A stretch of 63,646 nucleotides of DNA, filler included, from Licmophora abbreviata (lineage: Eukaryota), in the NCBI GenBank assembly GCA_900291995.1. It is 13 parts of 13 records of this genome, joined end to end, with 100 filler letters (N's around TTAATTAATTAA, not from the genome) between each part and the next. Parts side by side here need not be neighbours in the genome. Positions count along the whole stretch, not along the records: positions 36,227 to 45,390 come from OLMU01005625.1; positions 45,491 to 51,019 come from OLMU01005626.1; positions 51,120 to 52,342 come from OLMU01005627.1; positions 52,443 to 55,784 come from OLMU01005628.1; 9 more parts are not named here. One strand, 5' to 3'. Position 1 is the stretch's first letter; every line of letters begins with the position of its first letter. The notes beneath the pieces are model-generated. The model ran no database searches. It was given only the letters and a program-made list of their open reading frames with translations, and had not been told where the DNA came from. Below are positions 43,601-55,176 of the stretch, piece after piece. Both the position numbers and the translations under genes were made by a program.

Positions 43601-44660
43601 CCGCGCCCGCTTCTTCTTTTGCTTCTTCTTCCTCGTCATCAGGCAGTACGACGTTGGAATAATGAAAGTAGACTTCCTCCCGCCGCTTGTTGCTTCTGAG
43701 AAATCCAAAATCGTTCCTAAGTGCCGTCACAATACCCCGTTCCAACGTGGCATTTTCCAATAGCTCTTTTTCTTTTTGTACTCGCTGTCGTTCTCGATCC
43801 GACTGGATGAGGGTAATGCTACGGGCAAATTTGTTTCCGCTGCGGCGCTCCGTAACGAGCGTAAATTCGACCAAGTCATTCCGGTTCAGACGACCACCAC
43901 GGGACGACGACGACGATGTCGAATTCATGGAATCGAAACGACGCAAGGTTCGTCCATCGGCATTGTCCGTAGTACCCGTCGTACGCGATGGTTCATAGTC
44001 CGGCGCTCGGAAACGCACGAGCGGACCCGAAGCGTCTGCCCCAACATTGGCAGGCTGATCCTTGTCATCGGGTGCATCGTCTCGTTCGTCATTGCTGGAA
44101 GTAGCTTCCGGAGCCAACAACATGCGAATGGTTCCTTCTTGCGGTGGACCACCACGAGCATCACTCCCTCGCACAGGCCGTTCGACCAATCCCTGGTATC
44201 TCTCTCCCGGTTCCTCTTGATATTCCCATTCAATCGTCCCCTGTTCGAGCTGTTTCACGTTGTAAGCTGCCAGCTTGTCTTCATCCTCACCTTCCCTGTT
44301 TCGTGCCGTCCCCACTCCAAATTCGACTTCATCGTGAACTTTCAAGTCAGCAGGATGACATCCCCGAACTTGGGAGAAATGGAAAAAGAGGCGATCCTCA
44401 CGATCGGCACAATGGATGAATCCAAAGGAATCTTTCAAGGCAGCAATGGCACCCTGTTCAATGGGAAAGTTGCGATGATGATGATTACTCGGCCGTCTGG
44501 AACGAGACGCTGTTGAGTAGCGATCGGCAGCTCCTTGTTCGGCTTGAATTTCCAAAAAACTGGGAGGACGTTTGCTGTTGTTGGAAGACGATGCTGGTTT
44601 CCTGGCTGCTGCTCGACGCTGATTGAACAAGTCGCCCATGCTGGTTCCAGAGGATGACAT
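40686..44660 (-). CDS. CSDE1: Cold-shock domain-containing protein E1 (UNR)-like RNA-binding protein
   Basis: Multiple CSDs (LKDSFGFI...LFFHFSQ; NDFGFL...VYFHYS; KDGYGFI; RQFGFI...LFFQLS) and a C-terminal SUZ-C-like GPDGTFGF. Confidence 0.85.
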   Translation of the reverse strand: MSSSGTSMGDLFNQRRAAARKPASSSNNSKRPPSFLEIQAEQGAADRYSTASRSRRPSNHHHRNFPIEQGAIAALKDSFGFIHCADREDRLFFHFSQVRGCHPADLKVHDEVEFGVGTARNREGEDEDKLAAYNVKQLEQGTIEWEYQEEPGERYQGLVERPVRGSDARGGPPQEGTIRMLLAPEATSSNDERDDAPDDKDQPANVGADASGPLVRFRAPDYEPSRTTGTTDNADGRTLRRFDSMNSTSSSSSRGGRLNRNDLVEFTLVTERRSGNKFARSITLIQSDRERQRVQKEKELLENATLERGIVTALRNDFGFLRSNKRREEVYFHYSNVVLPDDEEEEAKEEAGAEDFTLKEGQEMEFLVVTEPGSGGRKERLSARKVDFLPSGSVVFHTVLAEGVTGMVMQAPHPADSGYSIDMVGSVHLWTPIECKAEDGSTVIVKDALLYATDAPGGSFAKNMDGSAVGMWVRQGDTVLFDLVRETVDGSYRVSPTKHICPVKQKSSGVASKSEESALVDNPKAVRLTSISLAGRAEGVIRAVKDGYGFIHCTERPVDAYFRLYELLPEQIQHDLRGNLCPLQPGNGDDKLELKVGSEVQFDLSIKGTIAMGGSRSRKGQGERENLKAQRILLLPPGTIVDKKVIATGVRGVVAKEDAKQTYSGSIELEETYQPMSIEERHPLVAKMVQGILKTFEEPEVASHPIVFHDIQSAKDDEVVVDMVERLGQGKLSCSHIPVSSQPLLPGRLVISSAATRQGPADKDAAKDEESKEQASLHPERTGSELAKSVGPSVMLPRKGGRKKKHHSLDKPIKLVHFDKHCLIRELRDGEELPPAVGDVIECDVVQSRRSGGASLESIRVVERGPPVLDAKLDESSGIGVISEVVSARQFGFIAVLDENASKREMLFFQLSNVASDASSKGRAPAPRKGDEVKFEISRAKNGKRSAVDIHILPRGSLNIKTKADKNACRGFVMMEPSHTSMANTPSRQASSVGKLAKASTPGSRWQNVDTTSDLSRHKGQISAKEGGCILLIEDPTNLFASKPSYTEKKGQTATEATAETDMSHQGPAPQTSADGDMKPIAKTDSAHESEPSDALSDSRMLISAVGSHVSFKLGAIALQGSSVSAVGDGSSGPRRGDLVSFVKAKNGRVAREIRVETRGAATRLRGRLEEITVANIGDTESPVVGTAKFHALTQKEEVYDVDLSEVVSCDASILKDKESVEGILHDGKIFGICRTCDLYLESKLGTSHGERPRLNLTVRKELKDRGGKIMAQSMMANGPDGTFGFKSGWTPRISKYTSSGDERVVVPEEQLTGSAPVEGGEST

Positions 44661-45212
44661 GGTGATGCAGCAAGAAGGAGTGTAGAAGGTGCTGTATGTA
44701 TGTAGACTATCAAGGCAAACTTCTCGTTGAAATTGTGTTTGATTTCGAATAGGTAATGATCCCCAGAAATCAAACGAGAGAGCGAGAAGTTTTCTCAATT
44801 CTGAAGTCACTCGATGGAGGTCGGTACTCTTCTATGGCCAGTCGAAAGCGCTGCAGTGAGCTGGACGACACCTGCAGGCAATGAGGGTGCCCAGTCGTGC
44901 CCGTAGCAAGGAGCGACAATAACAGCCTCGAGCCAAGATCGCAGAAAAAGATCGATGGCCGCGCTTCGGGTTCGATATTTGATATTATATATTTGGATCG
45001 TTTGACCTTTGAACACAGACAGCGTGTTCTTCGAATGTCAGGAATGTAGGGGTACTGCTCGTGCTTCCAGAAATGTTACTACTTGTATGACACACAGATT
45101 GTATATTTTCATATGTACTATTCTAATGAATGAATACATTGAATAGTTAGAGTTCGGCAAAGCGTTGCTGCGAAGTCTCACAGTCGCCGATCTTGAAATC
45201 TCGATCGATCAC

Positions 45213-46163
45213 ATGTACGAAGACAGGGCGACCATGAGGGCGGCCACGAGACAACGACGACAAGGCTGGTGGATGATGGGGGTCCTGCTACCGTTGGCAC
45301 TGCTGCTCCTCAGTTTACAATCCGCCCATGGCTCATCGTCGTCTTCGTCAGGCCTCCAATTATCAGGCCAGCTGAAAGTGTCTTCGACTTNNNNNNNNNN
45401 NNNNNNNNNNNNNNNNNNNNNNNNNNNNNNNNNNTTAATTAATTAANNNNNNNNNNNNNNNNNNNNNNNNNNNNNNNNNNNNNNNNNNNNTCAGAGAGAG
45501 AGCTACAGCAGGAACAAAAAGAGAAGACTCATCATGCACTCGCCTAGACATGTATAGATAGCTCACACATTTTTTACTTTCTCGCCACTCACTCACTCAC
45601 TCACTCGCTCCACAGTAAGAGTTCGAAGCAACGAGTACGCAAGCACGGGGATCGCGGTCTCGATCGAAGCAGGAGCCTTTGGTGTTTTGCAGGCGGCAGT
45701 CTCGCAAACGAGTATCTGCTCGCTGGGGTCCATGGCATCCTTATCGTACAAGGACGATGACGACGATTCCTCCTCCTTTTCTTGTCCCCCGACGCAGGGA
45801 AAGTATCTCTGGAAACTCAAATTTGAAATTCCCACCTTTACGAACGACGTTGACTTTAAGGCTACACCAGATGTGCGCTTCACCTTTTATGATCGATCTT
45901 CTGGAACTGTCATTGGCTGCGCCGACACTGGCACCCTTGCACTCTACGTGAATGGATCGCGGCACACGAGGAACGGACGGATAGCCTTGGGGATTTCATT
46001 GCTGGTCCTTGCGTCCATCTTTGGGTGTTTCCTGTACCTCACCTATCGGAGAAAAAAGAGGCTGGAAAAGGAACTCGTGCAGCAGAAATTTCGTTTTGTG
46101 CGAACGACGCATCAAGGGGATGTGGTCGCCTTGGAACAACCGACGGCCCTGCCGGCCCCGTAA
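45213..46163 (+). CDS. Type I membrane protein of unknown function, probably spanning the 45391-45490 gap; last exon 45616-46163
   Basis: Signal peptide before the gap. After the gap, an acceptor CCACAG (45615) is in frame with a Cys-containing beta-rich domain, a TM (IALGISLLVLASIFGCFLYL) and RRKKR. Confidence 0.55.
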
Positions 46164-46200
46164 CTGCTATCAATCAATCTTATTATACTACTCCTAGTTA

Positions 46201-46851
46201 CTACTTTGCTTCCAGAGATAATATGGCAACTGCTAGATTGGCGGCTTCAATGTAGCATTGGAGGGCTTCCTTGGCTTCCCTCTGTGCCACCTGCAAGTCT
46301 CGTGGGGGCAAAGCTCCAAACAGTTCGAGAGGATTGGCATTTTGCAAACGATGTTCGGGCGTTTCCAGAGTGTGCGTCTCTGTCGTCCACTCCGTAGTAC
46401 TGGAGGAAGCAGTAATGGTTTCTCCCTTGCGTCTGCGGAGACCCTCCTTGGATTCATCTGCCGTGGATGGGTTCGTTACTGTAGCGTCTTGCTGTCTTCT
46501 CTTGACTTGCTCCCGTTCCCGTTCCCGTACCTCCACGGCATCGACGAGAACGAAGCAATCCTTGGTGGGAACCAACGATGATTTCTGATCTTTTCCTACT
46601 AGTTCTTCTTCTTCTTGTAGCTCTGGTTCCGGAACCTGCAGCCGCGCTCTTGCCCGCAGTTCTTCTCTCACGTTGACGGCTGAAATGGAGTCGCTGCTCG
46701 ACACTCCCATGTGTTGATTGTTGTGCTGGCAACGCGCCTTGTGCAAGTTCCAAAGACAATTCTTGAACTGCGACTGCGCCTTGTCTTGGCAAGCTGCATA
46801 GGCTTCCAACAAGCACACAGCAGTCACGTGAGGAGGCATAGAAGAAGACAT
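46201..46851 (-). CDS. CCDC115: V-ATPase assembly factor Vma22/CCDC115
   Basis: L..Y...Q.....F......L.KAR at the N-terminus, GLRRRK, and NPLELFGALPPRDLQVAQ. Confidence 0.8.
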   Translation of the reverse strand: MSSSMPPHVTAVCLLEAYAACQDKAQSQFKNCLWNLHKARCQHNNQHMGVSSSDSISAVNVREELRARARLQVPEPELQEEEELVGKDQKSSLVPTKDCFVLVDAVEVREREREQVKRRQQDATVTNPSTADESKEGLRRRKGETITASSSTTEWTTETHTLETPEHRLQNANPLELFGALPPRDLQVAQREAKEALQCYIEAANLAVAILSLEAK

Positions 46852-47241
46852 GACGCCGAATGGAAGAGAGTAAGAGACAGGAGGCAGACAGCAGCAGCTT
46901 CGACTGACTCACTCGACCACCAGAAGTGTGTCGAGCTCATTCATTGAACATGATTGAAAAAAGTTCGACACGTTCGATGACGGCCAGACCAATACATAGG
47001 TCTGGGTATCGTATGATTGTATCATGTTCGTACTGGGTGCACGTAGCTTGTACGTAGCCTCCATTGCAATCCGGTTCACCACACACAACAAAAAGTCAAC
47101 GCCCATTGTCATCTCGTGTGGTGTCTCTAAACTCCGCATGCTGAGGCCTTAAAGCTCAACTAAACTCTTCCGGATATCGCCAGTACATCTTTGGTGTACC
47201 GGGACGACTTATTTTCTCTTGTGCAAACTCTAGAGGCAACC

Positions 47242-50200
47242 ATGGCCGAAGAACAGGTACGAGCGATGACAGGAGTTTACCATGCCGACGAAATCAAATT
47301 CCGTCCCGGACAGATTCCTTTTCTCGAATCTACACCTCCAGCTAAACGTGCAGTCTATCAACTAGGTCTCTACATTGATAGATCGAGTCGCGATATGGTA
47401 CATACTCTCTATGATCATCGAACAATGTTCTAATTCTATTCCATCTTGCCCTTTTGTTTCAATCCACAGTCCCCTCGCCGCAAGAGACGTAGTACTGGAA
47501 AACGGGGCAGTCTCCGACGATTCAACAATATCGAGTCTGCGGTTGTCGAAAACACCTTCGCACTCACATTACCTAGCGAAGCTTCTGCGGCCGTCCGGAG
47601 CGAGGTTGATACTACTCACGAAAATATCGGAGAAGGCTGTTATGTGTCCGCTACAGTTCACAATCGACGCTATTATGGAGTCCTCGTGGATCAGGCCGCC
47701 CTCAAGGCAGCATCGCTACTGCACTTTCAAGATGAAGCCAGTTCGTTGGACCTTAATCGACGAATGAAGCTATTGCAAGATAAAAGCAAACGTCAACTGG
47801 AGGGGGGCAATGGGGAGGGATCAGTTGTAACAGAGAATGATCAAATCAAGCGACCACTGGAGCAGTCGGAGGCAGATGCGATCGACAAGAAGCGAACGAA
47901 AAATCTTGGAGATGCTACTTTGCCTGCTTCTTCTTCTTCTTCTTCTGCACGACCTGTTCAGAAGTTCACTTACGTCGAAAATACCAAGGGTCCGGGATAC
48001 AGACTGCTGCTAGCGACATACGCCAATATTGAAGCAGCGTCCGAAGGGAACGACGAACGGGCCAGGCTCGTAGAGGAAGCGTGTCACACCGGCGGCAACT
48101 TTGTCGGGGACTTCTACTATCAGTACCAAGTCATTGGTACGACTCTTCAAACAGCCAGACGCCCGCCTGATATGGGAATGCGCACGTCGCTGGGGTTTGA
48201 TTCTTTCCTGCACAATACGCCATTGCCTCTATGGTATCCACTTTCGAATCTTCAATTTGGTCAACAGAAGGTACTGTCCATGCTACAAATGAAAAAGGAC
48301 GGCAAGGGTGGCATTGAATGGGATGCAGCTCCAAAGACTGGTGCCTCGGAAATTGATTTGTTCCAGGGGACACATATTCCAATGGAGCCAAGGTCACGCT
48401 TTCGTGTGGGAGTCCTTGGGGGAGGCATTGCTGGTTTGAGTGCGGCGACAGAGTTGTTGCGATTGAGTGAACGCGACAATATAGACATGGAAGTAGTGTT
48501 GCTGGAAGGTCGTTCTCGGCTAGGGGGTCGCCTCTGTACCGATACCGAAACATTTCAGTGCAGTGACGGTGCTACACCGTTTCCAGTAGATCTAGGCGCT
48601 TCGTGGATTCACGGGATCGACCACAACCCATTAGCTCATCTGGCCCGACAAAGCGGTGCTGAGTTTGTGACAGCGAGCGAAGAAGTGAAGATTCTCGCCG
48701 AAAAATGTGCTCCAGTGGATCCAGATATGGATGAACGGATGGGCAAGCTTTACGACGATCTTTTAGACCAAGCTGCGGAAGACATCTGGGACGATACGGA
48801 GGAGCGTCCTTGCGACCAGGAAGCCGTGAGATGGTACGCTGAGGCGCTAGTGAAGAATGAGAAGCTACCCTGTTCCACGAATGCACCGCGACACAGACAG
48901 TCGTCGGACATGTCCATGGACCGAGCGATCGGGAACGCGATTGCGAAGCATAAAAGGCATGAGTTTTCCAAGCTGTCGGAACAAGAACACAGATTGCTAC
49001 TATGGAATACGAAAAACACTGAGTATGCGCTCGGATCCAACGTGAGCGACCTCTCGATGATGTTTTGGGACAGCGACGATCGACACGCCTTCGAAGGTGA
49101 CCATGTCTTGCTTAAGCAGGGCTATTCGCATGTGATTGACTACATGGCTCGGGGCCTGGAGGCAAAAGGTAGCAGATTTCAATGCATCAAAGACTTTCGA
49201 ATCGGCACGATTGCATATTCGGTGAAGAGCACATCCATACCTTATCCAGATCGCTTTCGGAAGGTAATCGACCTATCTGACTCTTGCTGTGTGACGTCTC
49301 AAAAGGGTGACCAGACTTTCAAGTTTGATTTTCTCGTGTCAACGCTTCCACTTGGTGTTCTAAAGGAAAGTGTCTGCAATGAAGGCATTCTGGATGATAC
49401 AAAAGTTTCATTTCAACCTACCCTCCCGTTCGTAAAGCAAGATGCGATCCGTAACGTCGGCTTTGGACTTTTGAACAAGGTGTACCTGCAGTTTCCTTCC
49501 CCGGCGTTTTGGAGGACCAGCGGCGTTCTTGAACACGGCCAGACGTTGTTTGGAAACGCATCGGAGCTCAACCCTCAGTATTACATGTTCTTCGACGTTG
49601 GGGTGAGTCTGGGGACAGAGACGAATACTCCTGCCGTTTTGATGACTCTGATATCTGGGAAGGAAGCATTGGAGCTGGAGATGAAGTCTGACAAAGCCGT
49701 TGTCGACGATGTGCTCAACACACTGCGCACACTTTTCGATGACGATTCTGTTCCCGACCCTGTGGCATCCAAGGTGACTCGGTGGGGATCAGATCCATTT
49801 TCCCGTGGTTGCTATTCGTTTCTTCCCCCCGGCGCGAGTGATCAAGACTTTCAGATTCTTCAGTCACCTGTGAATGGCAACGGAGACTCATTGCTTTTGG
49901 ACAAGGCTGAGACTATGCGACTGTTTTGGGCCGGTGAGCATACGACATCCCTACATCCTTCGATGGCGCACGGAGCGCAGCTTAGTGGTATCCGTGCAGC
50001 GAAGGAAGTCATCGATACCATCTCTTTCACCCAGTCGGACGCTAGTGATGACACTGACAATCTCATCCCCTTGGCCATTTTTAGAGAAAGAAATCCCTCG
50101 TCGCCCTTAACGTGTAGTCTCTGTCAGTTGTCCGGAAGCCGGGTTCGGGAGGGCTCTCTCCTAGCCTTTCAACGTGGTGCGCGCCAGATTCTTGTACATA

Positions 50201-51019
50201 ACAATTGCGCAGAGTACTCGCCAGAAGTCGAGGTCCAAGATGGACGGTGGAAGGATGTCATCAAGGCTGCGAATAGGGGAGCGAAGATAGAATGCGAGCT
50301 GTGTCAAAAGGCTGGGGCAACTGTGGGATGTACACAAGAACGCTGCTTCCGCTCGTACCACTTCAGCTGTGCAGAGGACACGGGGTGGCGGTTTGAACGC
50401 GACGGCAAAGAGTTCTACTGTGACCTACATCGAGAACAGTACGAGAATGGGGAATTGATGTACGGGGCGAAAGACGGAGAATGTGACAAGATCTCAATAC
50501 GTTTTTTCCGCTCAAAGGAACCTTCTGCTAGCATGAACTGTATCTTTTGTGGAGCGCATGGTCTCAACAAGCAGAGGGGCAAACTTCTGGCGTTCCAGAA
50601 AGGAAACTCGCGGTTGCTTGTGCATGATCAGTGTGTTCGCTTCACCAATATCATCAGCACGCTGGAGGAGTCTGAAACCGGGGAAGAATTTCGCAATATT
50701 TTCGAGGCCAGAGCCCGCTCCAAGGTCTGTGACCAGTGTGGTGGAAGTGGGGCTACAGTCGTCTGTACGGACCCGTCTTGCGAAAAGAGCTTTCATGTCC
50801 CCTGCTGCTTTCGTACGGGGTGGGACTTTCGGAAGAAAGGAAGTAACTTTCTTTGCGAGAAACACCGTGGCGACTCGTCGAGAGTTGCCGTCCATGTCAA
50901 GCCGTCTACTCGGAATGGGGCGCTATTCAAACATAGCCTCTTCGCTCCCCCAGGCGCCGATACAATACAGAATGGCTCAATAGCAGCAACACGCACGGTT
51001 CCAGAAAGTCAGCTAGGTG
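47242..51019 (+). CDS. LSD1/KDM1-like FAD amine oxidase with two extended PHD fingers; exons 47242-47256, 47470-51019 (runs into gap)
   Basis: GGGIAGL, LEGRSRLGGR, DLGASWIHG, TLPLGVLK, GFGLLNKVYLQF, WGSDPFSRGCYS, FWAGEHT, HGAQLSGIRAA. Two CxxC...H..C...CxxC...GATV.C....C..S[YF]H..C...C..H modules follow. Confidence 0.9.
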
Positions 51020-51119
51020 NNNNNNNNNNNNNNNNNNNNNNNNNNNNNNNNNNNNNNNNNNNNTTAATTAATTAANNNNNNNNNNNNNNNNNNNNNNNNN
51101 NNNNNNNNNNNNNNNNNNN

Positions 51120-51568
51120 CGACAAAGCTGTCAGAGCAGGTCAATCGGAGCATTGCAAACGGAAGACATGACGTCCACGATGGAGGGACCGTTTCGGATG
51201 ATAGCTACTCGACCGACGAGGATTCTGACGTCATGACACGGCCCTTGTCGCTTGATCCCGCTGTGCATAAGGAGGCTCGGGTCGTCACGGTACAGAGGAC
51301 GAACAATGCTCAACCTTGGGGCCTATCGCTTTCTCTGACGGCTAGGAATGGAATTCATCCAGTCTTATCGTTGCAGTTAGAGTCGGTGGAGCCCACGGTT
51401 GACGGTCTCGAACATGGCGATACAATCGTCTCAATCAACGGAAGCAAGTTAGGCTCACCGCCAGTGTCCAGTCTGTCTGAGGTTCTCAAAGTCATGCAGG
51501 GAAGTCTTTCTCTGTCTCTTGGCGTCGCTGCACCTCGGAAACGCACTGCCACATTAGACAAAAACTAG
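51120..51568 (+). CDS. C-terminal PDZ domain fragment (possibly the end of the LSD1-like gene)
   Basis: VTVQR.....WGLSL...GLEHGDTIVSING...LSEVLKVM...LSL. Same strand as the LSD1-like gene and directly after the gap. Confidence 0.65.
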
Positions 51569-51647
51569 CTTCGCCATATTTTTCATGGCAAAGCAAGAGA
51601 CGGGGGATAACATGTGTCTAACCATTACTAGCCGAGTGCACACAATT

Positions 51648-52241
51648 CTATGTGACCTTGCACGAGCAGGCCGGTAGTACTGGACAGGCAGTGCCGTTTG
51701 AAGTCGAAGCGACGGTATCAGGACACCACGTTTCGCAGTTTGCCTCGATGAGGCTGGCAGTCACCGTGGGGGCATCTTTGTGAGACTTCTTTTTATAACT
51801 GCACTTGTATGCAAACGATGGAGGACTGTAGAGTTGTTGGACTGGACACAGGCATTGACTGTAGGCTTCTTTCTTGTTGTAGCCCACATTTGCACACAAG
51901 GCATCCGCGTATGAGTAGGAGCAAGACATGAGCAGAGACGATGCCTTTTTCGTCGAGCCCTTTCCTTTGCCCTTCTTATTTTTCGTCCCACCCATCATTT
52001 CCATATTCATCCCTTCGACTTGAGGGACCCGATCATTTGTGGTCCCGGTCCAAAAGAGAAGCAAAAGAGTACCCACGGTCAACAGCAAGGCACCAAAGAC
52101 ACTCTTGAGTGGATTTCGGGCTCCAGACTGGATGATGATATTTGGTTCCCCTTCCGTGTTCTGAAATATGGCAATCTCGGGAATCGCCGCGTATCCCATT
52201 CTTTCTCCGGCGGTCGTCGTGGCGCTCTCAACCCACATCAT
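51648..52241 (-). CDS. Small type II membrane protein with Lys/Gly linker and Cys-rich C-terminal domain
   Basis: YAAIP, TM VFGALLLTVGTLLLLFW, KNKKGKGKGSTKK, and 10 Cys in the last ~95 aa. Confidence 0.65.
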   Translation of the reverse strand: MMWVESATTTAGERMGYAAIPEIAIFQNTEGEPNIIIQSGARNPLKSVFGALLLTVGTLLLLFWTGTTNDRVPQVEGMNMEMMGGTKNKKGKGKGSTKKASSLLMSCSYSYADALCANVGYNKKEAYSQCLCPVQQLYSPPSFAYKCSYKKKSHKDAPTVTASLIEANCETWCPDTVASTSNGTACPVLPACSCKVT

Positions 52242-52758
52242 CGCCTGCTCTTGAAAGATACCGTTCTCCTCAGCGGCAAGCTATGTGGAAAATCTTGAAA
52301 GCATACCAGGTACCGGTGTCATCATTGTGAACGTCGAAACAGNNNNNNNNNNNNNNNNNNNNNNNNNNNNNNNNNNNNNNNNNNNNTTAATTAATTAANN
52401 NNNNNNNNNNNNNNNNNNNNNNNNNNNNNNNNNNNNNNNNNNACGAGAACTACTCGTACAGGCTCAAAACATTGATCTACCCTCCCCATACCTGGCGTGT
52501 ATGATCCACTGGGTACTTCAAAGTGGACTCTACTTAAAAAAAGATCAATAATAGCTTTAAGTTAATGATACTGCTTCGTCGGGTTTCGTGTTGATACGAG
52601 TAATCCGGAGTGAGCCCTCCCATACCGGACCAAACTCCTGACCGAATCCAGTGGAGCATAGTCAAATCACTCGAATGAATAAGACGTCGTGTCTCTGCCA
52701 CAAATGGGCCCACAACGCATGCCGAATATCGAGTAGGGTTCGTCGTCGCTCGTTCGCT

Positions 52759-55176
52759 TCACTTGGACATGCTGCTCATGACTGACATGGATGACTCGGA
52801 CGGTCGTCGCAATAAATTCTTCTCAATGTATCCCGCCGAATCTTGCCATTTCCACTCGAAATTGTATGATTCTGTTCTAGTACCATTCGCGTTGCTTGCG
52901 ATATTGTTTGCAACAAGAATATCATCCAGCATGGCATTTTGGTGCAGCATGTTGGAGCTTCCAAAGGAAAGAGGCTGAACCGCGCTCAAAGCTTAATGAA
53001 AACAAGGAAACCAGACAAGCCAAACGAGAAGGTGTGAGGTCAAGGTTGTGCTGCGGTCCTATCGACGTCCAAGCGACTGTAGCCTTACCATTCGGAAACA
53101 CAGTGATCGAAACTTGCTTTTTCGAACCGCGGGACACGTTCTTCACTGCCCTGCTTCGAAGAATAGGACGGTCGAATATATCACTGCTCGGGCGGGCGCC
53201 GCGCTGCATCGTCTTGACAACCACAGACTCTGCCTTCTGCAGGAGGCTTTCTTCAAAGAGAAAGACAGAGGCAGGTAGCCCAGTAGGTCTACCACGCGGC
53301 TTGGCCTGTAGAAAAATCAAAAACAACGAGAGTGAGCGATGGATAGATCTACTAGGGGTACACAGCGTACTGTACAGACAAGACAGGCAGCATGTCGACG
53401 CACCAGTTCCGCCATGGAGCCCGCAAAAGACAGATAGCGCAACCGTAACAAGAGCTGTTCAGCAGCGTGTTGTCCCGGAGCGGTAATGTTCTTCGTGGCT
53501 AGATAGGACGTGAGGATTTTGGCCATGAGACTTTCTGTTCCAGTGATGTTGTGTTGATTCCCGAAGAGAGCAGGAAGAAACCTCAATTGAAATCCATAAT
53601 TCGACTGCAAGTATAGGGAGAACGAGGCATGCTCGGCTGCTTCTCCATCCATGCTGGTCAAGTGCTGGGTCGAATATTGCGCCAGGGCTTTGAGCAAGAG
53701 CACATTCAAGCGTTCTGCGCCCGCCTGTACGAATTTCGTCTGATTCGCACTCTTGGTCAACAAGCAGCGAATCGCAGACAAGACCCACTTGACGTGGAAG
53801 GTCGCCGCCGAGTAGCCACCCGGTCCGTCCTTTCCGGTGTGATTCAATGTATTCGCCAAAAGTTCAATCAACATTTCCACCTCGTTATTTCCACTCAGCA
53901 CCAGAATCGAATCGTCCACCTGCTTGTTGTTCGCATAGTCTTTCGCCGTCCGATCCCGCGCTTGACCAAATTTTCCATTAGATGCCAAGAGATACGCTAG
54001 CGCCATCCGTGCTTTTACAATTTGAAACTGAAGTTGCTTCTGTTCCTCTACACCACCATGGAATCCTGTAGCATCACTGTACTTGACAATCTGAGACAGG
54101 ACCTTGATACCGCCCGCATCCTTCACCGCTTGCCTCGTAATCGGCGACGCCGCCAAGTGCATAACAATAAACAAGGCTGCATCGTGCATCCCGTTGGTGA
54201 CCCACAAAGAGGGTGTTTCGTTCTGCGGCGACAAGGGATGTGACGGTGTCGGCGTCGAGTTGGAATCATAAGACTCGTCGTTCATCATATTAGAACTGGT
54301 AGTATCGACCTGAATGAATCTCAAAATGACAGCCTCTAGCATTCCACTTTGAATTAATTGCTGTCCTGCCGCCATGTCTTGCGTGGACGGTCGTGTCAAG
54401 TTTTTGAGCGCCGAGAGACACCACCGTGCCGTCTGCGGAAATAGCATCGTGTCGGACCTAGTAGTAGTAGCGAGGCGAGGTTGTGCAGCACTATTCAACA
54501 TGATCTCGTGTTCCTCCCATTCCTCATGGTCCGGAAGTGTCGAAACTTGCAATGCATGGAGGAGTGCGTCGATGAAAGTATTGGAACGCGCCAGTTCCCG
54601 CCGTAACGATGCATCGCAAAAGGTCAAATTGACAAGAATAATAGCCAGCAAATGACAACTGGGATCCTCGCGGAGCAATCGAGCAAGAATGTTGACACCG
54701 TTGTGGTCACTGCTGCTGTCGTTGTTGTTGTTATCGAGTGCCACGAGTCGTTTGTTTTGCGGTGGAATACTGATATTGTTCAAAACCAACAAGGTAAGGT
54801 ACTGTTCCGAAGTGCCCTTGTCGCAGCGTTGAAGGAAGTGGAGGAGTGCCGGCACGAGGTTTGGGTGCTCTCTTACCATCTCAACGCGCATGTGGGCATG
54901 TTCGCTCAAGCTGAAGAGGTCTCGCAGAGCACGTGCGGGGACTTCGCCTGATGTGTCGTCCTGGGTGGTTTCCAAATTGTGAATGAGCCTCGGGCACATG
55001 TCAAGAGTAGGCTGTTGTATGGTGTGGGTAGATTTTCTGGTCTCGGGAGACTTCTTCTTGCTCTTGGTGGTGTCCTTGACAATACGATGTTCTTCGAGTG
55101 GTGGAGTACTACTTCTGACATGACTGGCCTGCTGTACCGGCTGTTTTGTTTTGTTCTTGCGTCCAAACAAGCCCAT
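52759..55176 (-). CDS. ARM/HEAT-like repeat protein; introns 53306-53403 and 52992-53088
   Basis: Helical repeats (LLVLNNISIP, ILVNLTF, LSALKNLTR, VKDAGGIKVL). Both introns (GTGCGT...CTACAG; GTAAGG...ATTAAG) join three ORFs in frame. N-terminus is MGLFGRKNK. Confidence 0.75.
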
